A stretch of DNA of 64,000 bases from an uncultured Poribacteria bacterium (GCA_951813565.1 OX638351.1:3136001-3200000), one strand, 5' to 3'. Shown: positions 20,076 to 30,081, numbered from the stretch's first letter. Program-made: numbers and translations. Notes: a model not told the origin generated them from the letters alone.

Positions 20076-21449
20076 ATGTCTAAACGCGAAGAATTTATTT
20101 CAGTCATCAATACACTCAAAGCACTTTCCTCTACAATTACTGATGAGATGCGCAAAGGACTTCTACAGCAAGCGGTACAACAGTATGGTCTATCTATAAG
20201 TGAAGCGGATGAAATACTTCAGGCATCGGGACTAATTGTTGGTGAAAGGACAAACTATTTTGAAGTTCTGGGATTTTCCATAGAGGCGCTTCAAGACCAA
20301 AGTGAACCCGCAATTGCAAATCGCGTTGATGAAGCACACAAAAAATTGTATAGTGAATCGTTACGTGCAGGTGGTCTCCCGCGTCCGGATGGTAGGACAC
20401 AAGAACAGTGGCGGACTGTTTTAAATCAAGCACGTGATATCCTGAAAGATACACAAAAACGGGTTGAACACATTGCAACGTTACAGGCTGAAATCTCCCA
20501 AAGTGTTGATCCTATCTTGTCAGAGGAACTTCCTATTCCTGAATCAGAGGAACTTCCCATATCTGAACAGACATCTTTGAGTGTTTCCGTGCCAGAAGAT
20601 ATGGTGCTTGTCCCAGCTGGTGATTTCCAAATGGGAAGCGATAATGAAAAGGCAAATGACCGTGAAAAGCCTGCACATACGGTCTATGTTGACGCGTTCT
20701 ATATGGATAAATATCCGGTAACGAACGAACAATATAAGGCGTTCGTAGAAGCCAACCAGCAATGGGGCAAACAACCCTCGAATTGGGGTAAACAGAACAG
20801 AATCAAAAAGAGGATGCTCTCTATATTCGAGAAATACCGCGGAGTTGGCTACCTAAAACATTGGAATGGAAACGAATTTCCGATTGCAAAGGCTGACCAT
20901 CCTGTAACTCACGTTAGTTGGTATGCATCAATGGCGTATGCAAAATGGGTTGGCAAACGTTTACCGACAGAGGCGGAGTGGGAAAAAGCAGCACGCGGCG
21001 GCTTAACAGGGCAAAAATATCCATGGGGAGATATTCTGGATTCAAACATGGTATATTGTGGAAAAGATGTAGGTGAGACCACTTCTGTTGGAAAGTATCC
21101 AGCGAATAACTACGGTTTGCATGATATAGTAGGCAACGTCTGGGAATGGTGTCTTGATGAACATGATGAAGATTTCTATTCTGCTTCGTCTGTTCGGAAT
21201 CCGGTTGCTGGTGCGAACACAAAAGAGGATTTAAATTTATTAATTCATGATTTTAGAAACGTTTCAACTGATCGCGTATTACGTGGGGGTTCACTGCTCA
21301 CTTCATCAGAACCTGTTCAAACGAGTGTTCGATGTAGCGGTAAACCTATACGTACCAGCTTCCTCACCTCACTGTATTTATCAAGTTTTGTGGCGAATAT
21401 TGGGTTCCGATGTGCTTGGGACACACAGCTTAAGTCCAAATCTTTATAA
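20076..21449 (+). CDS. J-like domain (RPD) + FGE-sulfatase/CLec-fold protein, copy 4
   Basis: Same architecture; both ends nearly identical to copy 3. Confidence 0.85.
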   Translation: MSKREEFISVINTLKALSSTITDEMRKGLLQQAVQQYGLSISEADEILQASGLIVGERTNYFEVLGFSIEALQDQSEPAIANRVDEAHKKLYSESLRAGGLPRPDGRTQEQWRTVLNQARDILKDTQKRVEHIATLQAEISQSVDPILSEELPIPESEELPISEQTSLSVSVPEDMVLVPAGDFQMGSDNEKANDREKPAHTVYVDAFYMDKYPVTNEQYKAFVEANQQWGKQPSNWGKQNRIKKRMLSIFEKYRGVGYLKHWNGNEFPIAKADHPVTHVSWYASMAYAKWVGKRLPTEAEWEKAARGGLTGQKYPWGDILDSNMVYCGKDVGETTSVGKYPANNYGLHDIVGNVWEWCLDEHDEDFYSASSVRNPVAGANTKEDLNLLIHDFRNVSTDRVLRGGSLLTSSEPVQTSVRCSGKPIRTSFLTSLYLSSFVANIGFRCAWDTQLKSKSL

Positions 21450-21504
21450 CCTATTCTGATTTTTAGAGTGGATACTTTTACATAATTTTTGCAATAAGGA
21501 GAGA

Positions 21505-23811
21505 TTGACTATGAAAAATACAAATGATTATGTTTTATGGTATAACAAACCTGCCGAACAATGGACAGACGCACTTCCAGTGGGAAACGGAAGGCTCGGG
21601 GCAATGGTGTTCGGCGGTGTCCAACGCGAACGCATCCAACTTAACGAAGATACGCTTTGGGAAGGCGCTCCTCAAGATACCAACAACCCAAAGGCTTTGG
21701 ATGCACTTCCAAAAGTGCAACAACTGCTTTTTGAAGATAAAAACGATGAAGCGACAAAACTTGCAGGCGAAACGATGTTGGGTGTTCCACATCGAATCAA
21801 ATCGTATCAATCTTTAGGGGATCTCATCTTAGAATTTTCGCATGATGAGATTACAGATTATCGGCGAGAACTTGACTTGGACACAGGCATAACGAAAACA
21901 ACATATCACTGTGGAGATGTCAGTTTCAGTAGGGAGGTGTTCGCAACAGCAGTTGATAATATCATCGCTATCCGAATTGAATCTGAACCATCGGAAAACA
22001 TCACTTTTGACGCAACGATGACGCGGGAACAGGATGCCACTGTTGAAGCCATTTCCGACAAAACCCTTAGACTCAGCGGACAGTGTAGCGATGGTGTTGT
22101 TCGGTTTTCAGCGTATTTACAATTGAACGTTGAGGGTGGGCAGGTTCAGTCGGATGGTGACCGAATCTCTGTGCAAGAAGCGAATGCTGTTACCCTTCTA
22201 CTCGCTGGTGCGACAAGCTACATTAATCAGAAGGATGCAAGTGGGAACCCGCATGAACTTTGTGAAAATTATCTCGCAGCCGTTGAAACAAAATCGTATG
22301 AAGCAATTCGTACAGATCATATTGCTGAACATCAATCCCTATTCCGAAGGGTTGACTTGAATCTCGGTTCTACCGAGGCGGACAGTCTGCCGACCGATGA
22401 ACGTTTGGCAGCAGTGAAAGAAGGGGCGTCAGATCCAGGGCTTGTTGCACTTTACTTCCAGTATGGGCGTTATCTGCTGATGGGAAGTTCACGGCCGGGT
22501 TGTCTCCCCGCAAACCTACAAGGGATTTGGAACGAACACATGAAAGCACCTTGGAACAGCGATTTTCACACCAACATTAACCTACAAATGAATTATTGGG
22601 TCCCTGAAGTCTGTAATCTTGCAGAGTGCCATAAACCGCTATTTGACTATATGGACACACTTGTTGAACCGGGCAATCAGACAGCAAAACGTCACTACGG
22701 TGCTGAAGGATGGGTTGTCCATCATCTCTCCGATGTATGGGGATTTACAACGCCTGCTGATGGAATCTGGGGTATCTCACCGATGGGTGCTGCATGGTTG
22801 TGTGAGCATGTATGGGAGCACTACCTTTTTGGTGGAGATGTAGAATTCCTTAAGAAACAAGCCTACCCGTTAATGAAAGGCGCTGCCCGTTTTGTACTTG
22901 ATTTCCTCGTTGAAGCACCCGAAGGCACACCCGTTGCGGGCAAACTTGTCACGAATCCATCTCACTCACCCGAAAACAGTTTTCTAAAACCTGATGGTGA
23001 ACGTTCCCTCTTCACCTATGCTGCAACGATGGATCTGGAGATTATCCATGAACTCTTCACAAATTGTATCGCTTGTATAGATGTTCTCGGTGGTGATGCA
23101 GATTTCCGTGCAGAGCTGGTCTTTGCCCTTGAACGACTCGCGCCACTTCAGATCAGTGAGAAGACAGGACGATTACAGGAGTGGGTATTCGATTATGACG
23201 AACCGGAACCTGGACACCGACACATGTCCCACATGTATGGGCTGCATCCAAGTTGTCAGATAACGCTGCGTGGCACACCAGAGTTAGCGGCAGCAGCAAA
23301 GAAATCGTTGGAATATCGGTTGCAACATGGCGGTGGACAAACAGGATGGAGTCGTGCGTGGCTCATCAACTTCTTTGCAAGATTTGAGGAGGCAGAGGGA
23401 GCATACAACCATCTCCAAGCACTCCTCGCGAGGTGTACGTTGACAAACCTGTTTGATACGCACCCACCATTTCAGATTGATGGTAATTTCGGTGGGACTG
23501 CTGGTATTGCCGAAATGCTGCTACAGAGCCATGCAGGTGAGGTTAACTTGCTGCCCGCACTGCCAAAGGTATGGGGGACAGGATACGTCAAAGGGTTGCG
23601 TGCACGTGGTGGGTTTGAAGTGGATATGGAATGGGAAAATGGAAAACTCACCCAAGCACAATTGTTATCAACTCTTGGGAATGATTGTTGCGTCCGAACA
23701 CCTGGCACTGTCTCTGTGACATGTGATGGTCAACGAGTGAAGTACTCCCAGTCAAGGGATGTTGTTAGTTTTCACACGGAAGCAGGCAAAACGTATACAA
23801 TTTCGGCATAG
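21505..23811 (+). CDS. Glycoside hydrolase family 95 (alpha-L-fucosidase-like)
   Basis: [43 protein letters not shown]. Confidence 0.93.
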   Translation: MTMKNTNDYVLWYNKPAEQWTDALPVGNGRLGAMVFGGVQRERIQLNEDTLWEGAPQDTNNPKALDALPKVQQLLFEDKNDEATKLAGETMLGVPHRIKSYQSLGDLILEFSHDEITDYRRELDLDTGITKTTYHCGDVSFSREVFATAVDNIIAIRIESEPSENITFDATMTREQDATVEAISDKTLRLSGQCSDGVVRFSAYLQLNVEGGQVQSDGDRISVQEANAVTLLLAGATSYINQKDASGNPHELCENYLAAVETKSYEAIRTDHIAEHQSLFRRVDLNLGSTEADSLPTDERLAAVKEGASDPGLVALYFQYGRYLLMGSSRPGCLPANLQGIWNEHMKAPWNSDFHTNINLQMNYWVPEVCNLAECHKPLFDYMDTLVEPGNQTAKRHYGAEGWVVHHLSDVWGFTTPADGIWGISPMGAAWLCEHVWEHYLFGGDVEFLKKQAYPLMKGAARFVLDFLVEAPEGTPVAGKLVTNPSHSPENSFLKPDGERSLFTYAATMDLEIIHELFTNCIACIDVLGGDADFRAELVFALERLAPLQISEKTGRLQEWVFDYDEPEPGHRHMSHMYGLHPSCQITLRGTPELAAAAKKSLEYRLQHGGGQTGWSRAWLINFFARFEEAEGAYNHLQALLARCTLTNLFDTHPPFQIDGNFGGTAGIAEMLLQSHAGEVNLLPALPKVWGTGYVKGLRARGGFEVDMEWENGKLTQAQLLSTLGNDCCVRTPGTVSVTCDGQRVKYSQSRDVVSFHTEAGKTYTISA

Positions 23812-23843
23812 TAGTGCTATGTCAACTCATGCTTTATGGGTAA

Positions 23844-23945
23844 ATGTCGCGATTCGGAGATCGCTCCCGCTGGATGCCATACGCGCATTCAGCGTTGATT
23901 CACAGAAAACCCTTTTGTAGGAGGGAACTTCGATTCCCGATTACT
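23844..23945. repeat. REP pair interrupted by a 33-bp micro-element
   Basis: gtcgcgattcggagatcgctcc (as at 12266) is broken by cgctggatgccatacgcgcattcagcgttgatt. Confidence 0.7.
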
Positions 23946-24015
23946 TTGGCAACTCACAATTTTAGAGTGGACAATCCAGTAGACTTGCAAAATCGCTCTA
24001 ATACAAGCATGAGTC

Positions 24016-24930
24016 TTACATTGGCAAACGGAGTTGATCAGTATACTGTCTGATCCGTTCGTTTGCCAATTTTATGTATTCTTCTTCAATGTCGTATCCG
24101 ATATAGCGCCGACCTGCTTTTACGGCACTCAAACAAGTTGTTCCGCTCCCACAGAATGGGTCTAATACTACATCTCCTACGAAGGTGTAGAGCTGAATTA
24201 ATCGATGCGGCAACTCTTCAGGGAAGGGAGCGGGATGACCGATACGTTTAGCAGATTCAGCAGAAAATGTCCAGACACTTTTTGTCCACTCTAAGAAATC
24301 CTCTTTACAGATAGAATTTTCTCTGTCATTACGCTGCCGCGAAAAGGAATCTTTTGAGAAAACGAGGATATATTCGTGAACGTCCCTTAGCACAGGATTT
24401 GCCGCCGATAACCAACTCCCCCATGCCGTTGAACTCCCCGCGCTCGCGGCTTTGTCCCAGATGATTTCCCCGCGCATATAGTAGCCGATGTCCAACATAT
24501 CTTCTATGATGCAACTATGTAACGGAATATAAGGTTTCCGACCTAAATTGGCGATATTAATGCACGCCCGACCACCAGTTACCAATTTATTATAGGTTTC
24601 GGCAAAAACAGCACGGAGGAGTTCCCTATATTCATCTAAAGAGAGATCGTCGTCATACTCCTTTTTCGCATTATAGGGAGGTGATGTAACCATTAGATGT
24701 ATGCTGCCATCTGGAATTTCAGACATCTGCTCACTGGAGGAACAATAAAGCTGGTCAAGATTTACTGCGGGAATTGGGTTTTCTATCCACGTTTCGGGTT
24801 TCGGAGGATCCTGATTAGCGTAGAGTTTACCCTTATAAAATTCACTGGAGTCGTGATTGATTCTTCCGGATGTTCCGAACGCGCTTGTCTGTGTGCCTTG
24901 TCTTTGAGATTCCGAGTTTGTTTTATCCAT
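24016..24930 (-). CDS. Orphan DNA methyltransferase, N4/N6 beta class (SPPY, likely m4C)
   Basis: VTSPPY precedes HPAPFP and VLDPFCGSGTT. Confidence 0.88.
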   Translation of the reverse strand: MDKTNSESQRQGTQTSAFGTSGRINHDSSEFYKGKLYANQDPPKPETWIENPIPAVNLDQLYCSSSEQMSEIPDGSIHLMVTSPPYNAKKEYDDDLSLDEYRELLRAVFAETYNKLVTGGRACINIANLGRKPYIPLHSCIIEDMLDIGYYMRGEIIWDKAASAGSSTAWGSWLSAANPVLRDVHEYILVFSKDSFSRQRNDRENSICKEDFLEWTKSVWTFSAESAKRIGHPAPFPEELPHRLIQLYTFVGDVVLDPFCGSGTTCLSAVKAGRRYIGYDIEEEYIKLANERIRQYTDQLRLPM

Positions 24931-24944
24931 ATCTTTTAACCACC

Positions 24945-26153
24945 TTAATACCGATCTGGGAACCAAAAAATTACATCGCGTTTGGGAAACAACGTTCCTA
25001 AAAACGTGGCAACCTCTGGAGATACTGAACCATCCGAATTCATTTGCTCCCATCCTATTTCACCAAACAGCAGTTGCCAAAACTCTTCTTCGCTGATTTT
25101 CAAGTTCACTACATCTGCTGCATCATCTACAATTTGAATCGTGTTATTACCGTCGTAACGTAACACTGCTTGACGGTTATTGACAACAGGAAATTTGACA
25201 GCAAGTGACGAGAACGATTCCTCGGAAGCAGCAATTTGTGATTCCCACCCCACCACGAGACGCCGCAAAAGCACAGATAAATCAACAGCATAGAGCATCA
25301 TTGCTGTATCGGTGATTGGGTTTAAATCACTGTTGCAAACTGTTTTTAGACGTTGGACAAACGGATGTTGCGGTGAAAATATACCTTTTATTTCTTCAAC
25401 GCTATTTGCTGCACCTGCTTGTCCAAGGTGGAATGCAAGCGCGTCCAAAACATCTGGATTATCAGGTAGATACCCTACTTCGCGCACCTTCACACATTTT
25501 CCATCTATCTCATAGTTGAGATATCCACCTATGTTGCCATTCTGCTGTGCAACAACGGTCGGGAGAATACCACGAATGCGCGAGGGTGCCATATCCCAAT
25601 AAGCGCGTGTCCGAGAAATGGCACCGCTCTGTTGTGCATTAGCGGTGTCGTATATTGATGCTACGGCATCTAAATCCGTCTCTAAGTTAAATGCTCTAAT
25701 CTGCCAATCAGGTAGTCTTTCAGTCGTCGTCGAGTTAAACTCTATTTTGAAACCGTGAAGAGGTAAGGATGTCCACCCGAATCTGTGATAAAATTCTTCT
25801 GGTATGATGGTAAACAGTACACCGAGGTCACATCCTGCCGTCTGCAGATAGCCGATTGTGTCTCGCATAAGCGCAGACGCATACCCAACCCCACGATATT
25901 TTGGATCCGTGCAGACACCACCGATACCCCCCATTGTCACAAGGGATGCGCCAATTCTTATCCTACGTTCCCAGACGCGCAAAGTTGAAACAACCTGTTC
26001 GTTCACTACAACCACTCGAGTCTGTGAAAGCCTGTAGCTGCTATCACCTCGCACATACTGCCAATAGCGTTCATGTTGGTTCGGATTGAACGCGATGCAG
26101 TTGAGTTTAACAACCTGTTCTAATTCTGATTCACATGCTGCTCTAATTTCCAT
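24945..26153 (-). CDS. GNAT acetyltransferase, Eis-like
   Basis: GGIGGVCTDPKYRGVGYAS, FYHRFGW; tandem GNAT plus SCP2-like tail length. Confidence 0.8.
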   Translation of the reverse strand: MEIRAACESELEQVVKLNCIAFNPNQHERYWQYVRGDSSYRLSQTRVVVVNEQVVSTLRVWERRIRIGASLVTMGGIGGVCTDPKYRGVGYASALMRDTIGYLQTAGCDLGVLFTIIPEEFYHRFGWTSLPLHGFKIEFNSTTTERLPDWQIRAFNLETDLDAVASIYDTANAQQSGAISRTRAYWDMAPSRIRGILPTVVAQQNGNIGGYLNYEIDGKCVKVREVGYLPDNPDVLDALAFHLGQAGAANSVEEIKGIFSPQHPFVQRLKTVCNSDLNPITDTAMMLYAVDLSVLLRRLVVGWESQIAASEESFSSLAVKFPVVNNRQAVLRYDGNNTIQIVDDAADVVNLKISEEEFWQLLFGEIGWEQMNSDGSVSPEVATFLGTLFPKRDVIFWFPDRY

Positions 26154-26173
26154 TCGTTTGTCCTAAAGCCAGT

Positions 26174-27223
26174 TTATTGCATTGAGAAGACTACACCTAA
26201 CGCTTCATTTGGGGTTTGTATCAGTTTTTCGCATGCCTCAGCGGCTTGGTCAATTGGCACAATATCAGTAATTACCGCTTGAACATTGACTTTACCCTCT
26301 GACATTAACTGCAGTGACAACTCCAAGTTGCGCTGTGTGGGCCACGGCACAAACACTGGCGGATAGTCAGCACCGTGTTCATAATCCTCATCATGATAGC
26401 CGGGACCGGTTCGCGCCGCACTGATAACGTCAACGTTCCCAAGTCCTGCTGCAAAACCGTGTGTGATGCTTGCACCGCCGACAATGACAATCCGACCCAT
26501 TTTGTGCGTATCTGGTGCTGTTTTCAACATCGCGCGGATTTGTTGAAAAGCACTCGTTGCATCCCCACCGAACGCGATAATCCCACAATCCATGCCATAG
26601 CCACGGGTAAATTCCTTCGCAATCGGAATCGGATCTGTTTCAGAAACATTTATCGCGCGATCTATTCCGGCGTTTTCAGCAATCTCTAACCGCAATGGCA
26701 ATCTGTCTAAACCGATAACATAAGCGCCAGCAGTTTTAGCAACCTGGCTCGCAAATTGTCCGAGAATACCCAATCCAGCAATGACAACGTTTTCACCGAT
26801 GCGGATACGTCCGCGTTGCACAGCATGCAGTGCCGTTGCAGCGAGGTGAACAGAAGCGGCTTCTTCGGCTTTGACATTATCGGGGACTTTAGCGCATAGG
26901 TTATGCGGCACACAAGCATACGTAGCGTGCAGCGCGTAGCCGCCTCCCATGCCTGCCACTCTGTCACCGACTTCAAATTCGTCACAATCCCCCTCTTTGC
27001 CGATGACAACACCAGCATTCGTATATCCGAATGAACGCTGCTGTGATGCGTCACCCGGATTCTCGCGTCTCCTTTTGACACCACCAAGCTCTGTTCCCGG
27101 ACTGACCATTGAAGCGTGAACTTCAATCAGCAACTGCCCAGGTTTTGGTGCAGGCGTTTCCTGCTCTTCTGTCCAGATTTTTCCTGCTCCATTCATCATC
27201 ACAACTTTTCTTGTTTTGCTCAT
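26174..27223 (-). CDS. MDR/zinc-binding dehydrogenase family oxidoreductase
   Basis: SPGTE, GLGILG Rossmann motif. Confidence 0.82.
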   Translation of the reverse strand: MSKTRKVVMMNGAGKIWTEEQETPAPKPGQLLIEVHASMVSPGTELGGVKRRRENPGDASQQRSFGYTNAGVVIGKEGDCDEFEVGDRVAGMGGGYALHATYACVPHNLCAKVPDNVKAEEAASVHLAATALHAVQRGRIRIGENVVIAGLGILGQFASQVAKTAGAYVIGLDRLPLRLEIAENAGIDRAINVSETDPIPIAKEFTRGYGMDCGIIAFGGDATSAFQQIRAMLKTAPDTHKMGRIVIVGGASITHGFAAGLGNVDVISAARTGPGYHDEDYEHGADYPPVFVPWPTQRNLELSLQLMSEGKVNVQAVITDIVPIDQAAEACEKLIQTPNEALGVVFSMQ

Positions 27224-27588
27224 AAATGCTCCCTCATATTCATCTTTTTCATACTTTGCCCCCTTTCCGACTTAATACTGTGTCTTTAATTATAAAGGGG
27301 ATCCTACACCACTGTTTGGTGGATCCATATCGAACGTTTTGTGTAAGTCTTTTCTTATATATGAAGTTTTAACGCTGACCGTATTTTAGTCTATTTTGCT
27401 TTTGTTGTCAAATCAACTAAAGACATTTTAGTATTGTTCGACATGTTATATATGTATATAAGGGCAAATTCTGGTATTCATTTTCGATCATGCACTTAAA
27501 GTTATTAATTAGAATATGTTTTTAACGACTTAAAATTAATTTTATGTCGGAATTATCCCCAAATTTACGTGATTATTTATGAAGGCAG

Positions 27589-28353
27589 TTGAAAATTTTC
27601 CTTGGGAGAGAGAAAGCGAAGACGATGTACTTCATCGCTGGTTTTTTGGAAACAGGTAGTGAAGAAGCACTAAGTCTGCTTATGCGGAAGTATTATGAAC
27701 CGATCCGTGCTTCCGTTACCAAGCTCATAGGAAATCATCACGATGCAGATGAAATCACGAGTGGAACCTTCTGCAAAGCCTTCAACAAGAGGGAAACGAT
27801 CAAGTATCCAGACAAACTCGTCGGATGGTTATATAAGACCGCGGAAAACGCGGCGATTGACCACATAAGAACCAAACAACGAGAAATTAAACAGATGCCT
27901 GAATTAGCCTCTCTTTATAATGTAGATGATGAAAGAGAAACCGCATCGATGCTTGCAGCACAACAGGCGCAGCAGACTAAGATGGATCAAGATTTATTGA
28001 AAAGTCTCCTGCGACTTCTACCAGAAAAGGATCTTGAGGTTGTTGAATATCTATTGGATGACCTAAGGCCGAGGGAGATTGCTGAAGAGATTGGTTCCAC
28101 CGCCAAAGCGGTTCAGAAAAGATGGGAACGGATACTCAAATGGTTAGGTCCCATCGCTCCGCGATTAGATGATCTGATCGCTAATCTTCCACCGCAAGAA
28201 CAGAAGATTATGGAACGGTATTTAGACAATCAACCTCTCGAACATATTAGTGAGAAATTAGGTATCTCCCCGACTGATGTTGAAACGTGCGTGAAACGTG
28301 TGATAAAGCGGTGGAAGAAATCCACAAAGCAACCGCCACAAAACGGAGGATAA
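27589..28353 (+). CDS. ECF-type sigma-70 factor with two region-4-like HTH repeats (start uncertain, possible frameshift)
   Basis: DADEITSGTF..GWLYKTAENAAIDHIR (region 2); two LP..E/D...EI...GS/IS...V modules. Confidence 0.75.
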   Translation: MKIFLGREKAKTMYFIAGFLETGSEEALSLLMRKYYEPIRASVTKLIGNHHDADEITSGTFCKAFNKRETIKYPDKLVGWLYKTAENAAIDHIRTKQREIKQMPELASLYNVDDERETASMLAAQQAQQTKMDQDLLKSLLRLLPEKDLEVVEYLLDDLRPREIAEEIGSTAKAVQKRWERILKWLGPIAPRLDDLIANLPPQEQKIMERYLDNQPLEHISEKLGISPTDVETCVKRVIKRWKKSTKQPPQNGG

Positions 28354-28354
28354 T

Positions 28355-29095
28355 ATGATTCGCGACATCCTTACAAATAGATGGTTTATCGGTGGCTTCG
28401 GTTTTTTGATAGTTTTCGCTTTGCTGTGCTACTTCTGGTACCAATACGATATAGCAGCATTCCAACAACAGTTACCGGTTGCCGATGACATTAACCTCAG
28501 GGGGAATACACCTACAATGGCACATAAACCTAACCAAACAACCGTGCCGATGACAGAAACCTTTGAATCTGTGGGGGAAACGTCGGTTCCCACAGAGGAA
28601 ACAACAGAAAAAACCGACACACTTGAGAAAAACATAGACTTAGCTGCGGACACTCCTACCTCTCCTTTTGGATTTGGTGCGTATCCTGAAGTTCCTGCCG
28701 ATTATCCTTTTAGGGAAAGGGTACAACTTTGGGATAATGCCACGCCAGAACATGAGTTGTTAGTCCGAGTCCGTGTTAAATTATGGAAACAAGGCACACA
28801 AACTATAGGTGCCATGTTTGATAAGAACGGTCTCATTTATCCATCTATTCCTGGTGTTATTTACGTGAAATGGCATTACATTCAAAAAGGAGACCCTGAT
28901 TTAGTAGGTCGACGGTATGCGGAACGTGTAATGGGTGACGGAAATGCTGCTAAAATGTGGGAATCTTTATATCTTACTACAGGCATGTTTGAACGCACAG
29001 ATATTAAAAATGACATTGAGGCATCAGGTATAAAGGTTTATGAGTACCCAGATGGGGGTATAGCCCCTTACAAATTCCTCGATTTACCGAGGTAA
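28355..29095 (+). CDS. Membrane-anchored hypothetical protein (SPFGFG.YPEVP domain)
   Basis: N-terminal TM helix, low-complexity linker, C-terminal domain homologous to 32988-33470. Confidence 0.65.
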   Translation: MIRDILTNRWFIGGFGFLIVFALLCYFWYQYDIAAFQQQLPVADDINLRGNTPTMAHKPNQTTVPMTETFESVGETSVPTEETTEKTDTLEKNIDLAADTPTSPFGFGAYPEVPADYPFRERVQLWDNATPEHELLVRVRVKLWKQGTQTIGAMFDKNGLIYPSIPGVIYVKWHYIQKGDPDLVGRRYAERVMGDGNAAKMWESLYLTTGMFERTDIKNDIEASGIKVYEYPDGGIAPYKFLDLPR

Positions 29096-29105
29096 GGAGA
29101 ATAAA

Positions 29106-29855
29106 ATGAAACTGTATCGTGTTTTTTTACTTTTTTTCTTTTCAGGCATCCTCTTTGTTGGTGTAGTTAGTGATACTTCAGCAGATTTTGAGCGTGACGG
29201 TCCCTATGAAGCTGTAGCAGACGCCTACCGCTTTGGTGGAAATGAAAACAGATTACATGTTAGTTTGTATGCAAGGGCTTCTAGTACTGTTTGGGGGAAA
29301 AACGGTTACTTGGAAATAGAATTAGAAGTACACAACAAATGGTTTTATAGGAGAATTAGAACTTCTGTAGATGGTTATGCCTTTTATTGGGCAAGCAATA
29401 ATCTTCAGTTTGAAGAAAACTCAGCCGATGCTAGTGCATATGCTTCGGGACTAAGAACAAACGGAACTTCTTGTTCCGCGTACGCTTATGACGATGTGCT
29501 AGTGATGCCTGACCCTGATCCTCCTCCTCCCACCTATCCCGAACCAGCAGGTATATCTCCAGTAGATCCAGATGACACCCCTTCTCCCGGCGAAACACAC
29601 GAGTACAGACTTGTCACACATGAAGCCTATTCGTCGGTAGATTGGTATGTAAAGGCACCATGGGACACAAGTGAACGCGGTTCACATATAGAGACTGACT
29701 CCGGTGACAGTACGTCATTTGAGGCAACGTTTTCTTACACGTTCCCCAGTGGTGCGATGCATACCGGAGGTTTTCTGATAACAGCGGTCATTACCCGATT
29801 AGCAGATTTGTCTCAGTATGAGGAAACCTATACTGCAACTGTGTCGTTAGAATAA
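29106..29855 (+). CDS. Secreted hypothetical protein with Pro-rich linker and Ig/PKD-like C-terminus
   Basis: Signal peptide, PDPDPPPP linker, beta-rich tail (SYTFPSG). Confidence 0.55.
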   Translation: MKLYRVFLLFFFSGILFVGVVSDTSADFERDGPYEAVADAYRFGGNENRLHVSLYARASSTVWGKNGYLEIELEVHNKWFYRRIRTSVDGYAFYWASNNLQFEENSADASAYASGLRTNGTSCSAYAYDDVLVMPDPDPPPPTYPEPAGISPVDPDDTPSPGETHEYRLVTHEAYSSVDWYVKAPWDTSERGSHIETDSGDSTSFEATFSYTFPSGAMHTGGFLITAVITRLADLSQYEETYTATVSLE

Positions 29856-29861
29856 AATTAC

Positions 29862-30011
29862 CAGGACTTACGCACTTTTTTTAAAGTCCCTCTGATAAGG
29901 GGATTTAGGGGGCGGGCCCCATAGCGATAGCGTATGGGGAGATAAAATGCCGAAATTACGGCTTTTTAAGTCCAACTATTTCCTTTTTTTGCTCATTTTG
30001 CGTAAGTCCTG
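29862..30011. mobile_element. MITE, CAGGACTTACGCA family
   Basis: 13-bp perfect TIR, ATTAC target duplication; an inverted copy lies at 56355-56505. Confidence 0.85.
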
Positions 30012-30043
30012 ATTACGTCACATTTATCAGCTTGAATAACAAC

Positions 30044-30081
30044 AGACAAGTAACCTTACGGTTACTTGTCTTCTCTTTTTT
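30044..30081 (+). terminator. Rho-independent terminator
   Basis: agacaagtaacc-ttac-ggttacttgtct plus a T-rich tail. Confidence 0.7.

Noticed and set aside
15943..21449. Diversity-generating retroelement targeting the FGE/CLec domains
   Set aside because: No reverse transcriptase or non-coding template repeat is in the window. Differences between copies are indels and block swaps, not adenine-specific. A remote DGR cannot be excluded.
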